Below, in pieces: positions 63,794 through 64,000 of a DNA stretch of 64,000 nucleotides. The position numbers and the translations under genes are program-made. The stretch comes from Bacteroidota bacterium (lineage in GTDB: Bacteria; Bacteroidota; Bacteroidia; J057; JAJTIE01), in the NCBI GenBank assembly GCA_019638695.1, contig JAHBTG010000001.1:19173-83172 (forward strand), given 5' to 3'. Numbering within the stretch: the first letter of the stretch is position 1; each line of letters starts with the position of its first letter. Below the pieces are notes generated by a model. That model had not been told where the DNA came from. It worked only from the letters and a program-made list of their open reading frames with translations, and did no database searches.

Positions 63794-64000
63794 ACCCATT
63801 CGCACCCAGGAGATTTCAACTGGCAGCATTTTTGCTACCGGTCAGTGTATGCCTATACACTTATGCGGTTGTCCTGCGTTGTTGTATATATAAATAATCT
63901 TGATAATTGACTATAACTTATCCAGTATTTTGCCATGTCACGAAATCCACAATTTAGGCGCCCAGCGCGCTCCTGGCACCCCAGGCATGTGCAGATCCTG

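Noticed and set aside
63944-64000. Possible start of a plus-strand gene ('MSRNPQFRRPARSWHPRHVQIL...') running off the window.
   Set aside because: Only 19 codons are visible and nothing recognisable is present. It cannot be supported from this window.

Overview
64-kb chromosomal window from a high-GC (about 55-60% by eye) member of the Bacteroidota. The assignment rests on five proteins with type IX secretion (T9SS) C-terminal sorting domains (type A and type B), a GldN/PorN-like gene, the ZapA/RNase Y arrangement, BshA, and recurrent TAnnTTTG -7 promoter boxes. I call about 42 protein genes and 2 tRNAs (Lys-TTT, Leu-GAG). I saw no rRNA, CRISPR array, transposase, integrase or phage genes. 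Housekeeping genes recognised from motifs: yifB-like ATPase (5' truncated by the window edge), photolyase, gpmI, gcvH, bshA, nuoH, phosphosulfolactate synthase, metF, zapA, rny, purine nucleoside phosphorylase, lpxK and obg. The accessory content is mostly secreted or surface proteins. These include a 3,496-aa T9SS protein made of 12 tandem ~235-aa modules whose signature resembles reelin subrepeats (from memory). There is also a 1,563-aa type-B-CTD adhesin, a metzincin-like T9SS protein, a T9SS-tagged M1 aminopeptidase and a TonB-dependent receptor. Two adjacent secreted paralogues share an N-terminal tail-fibre-like module but end in a fibrinogen/intelectin-like domain and a Kelch propeller respectively. 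Other items worth a second look are a 135-aa protein that is essentially only a signal peptide plus a type-B CTD, and a 267-bp hairpin-rich element with 23-bp terminal inverted repeats. Also notable are a GldN-like gene with a broken 3' end, a secreted protein with about 20% histidine, and a TPR-ComA-NuoH operon with an orphan nuoH. I found no recognisable defence, toxin-antitoxin or mobile system. All family assignments come from motifs read by eye and need HMM or structure confirmation.
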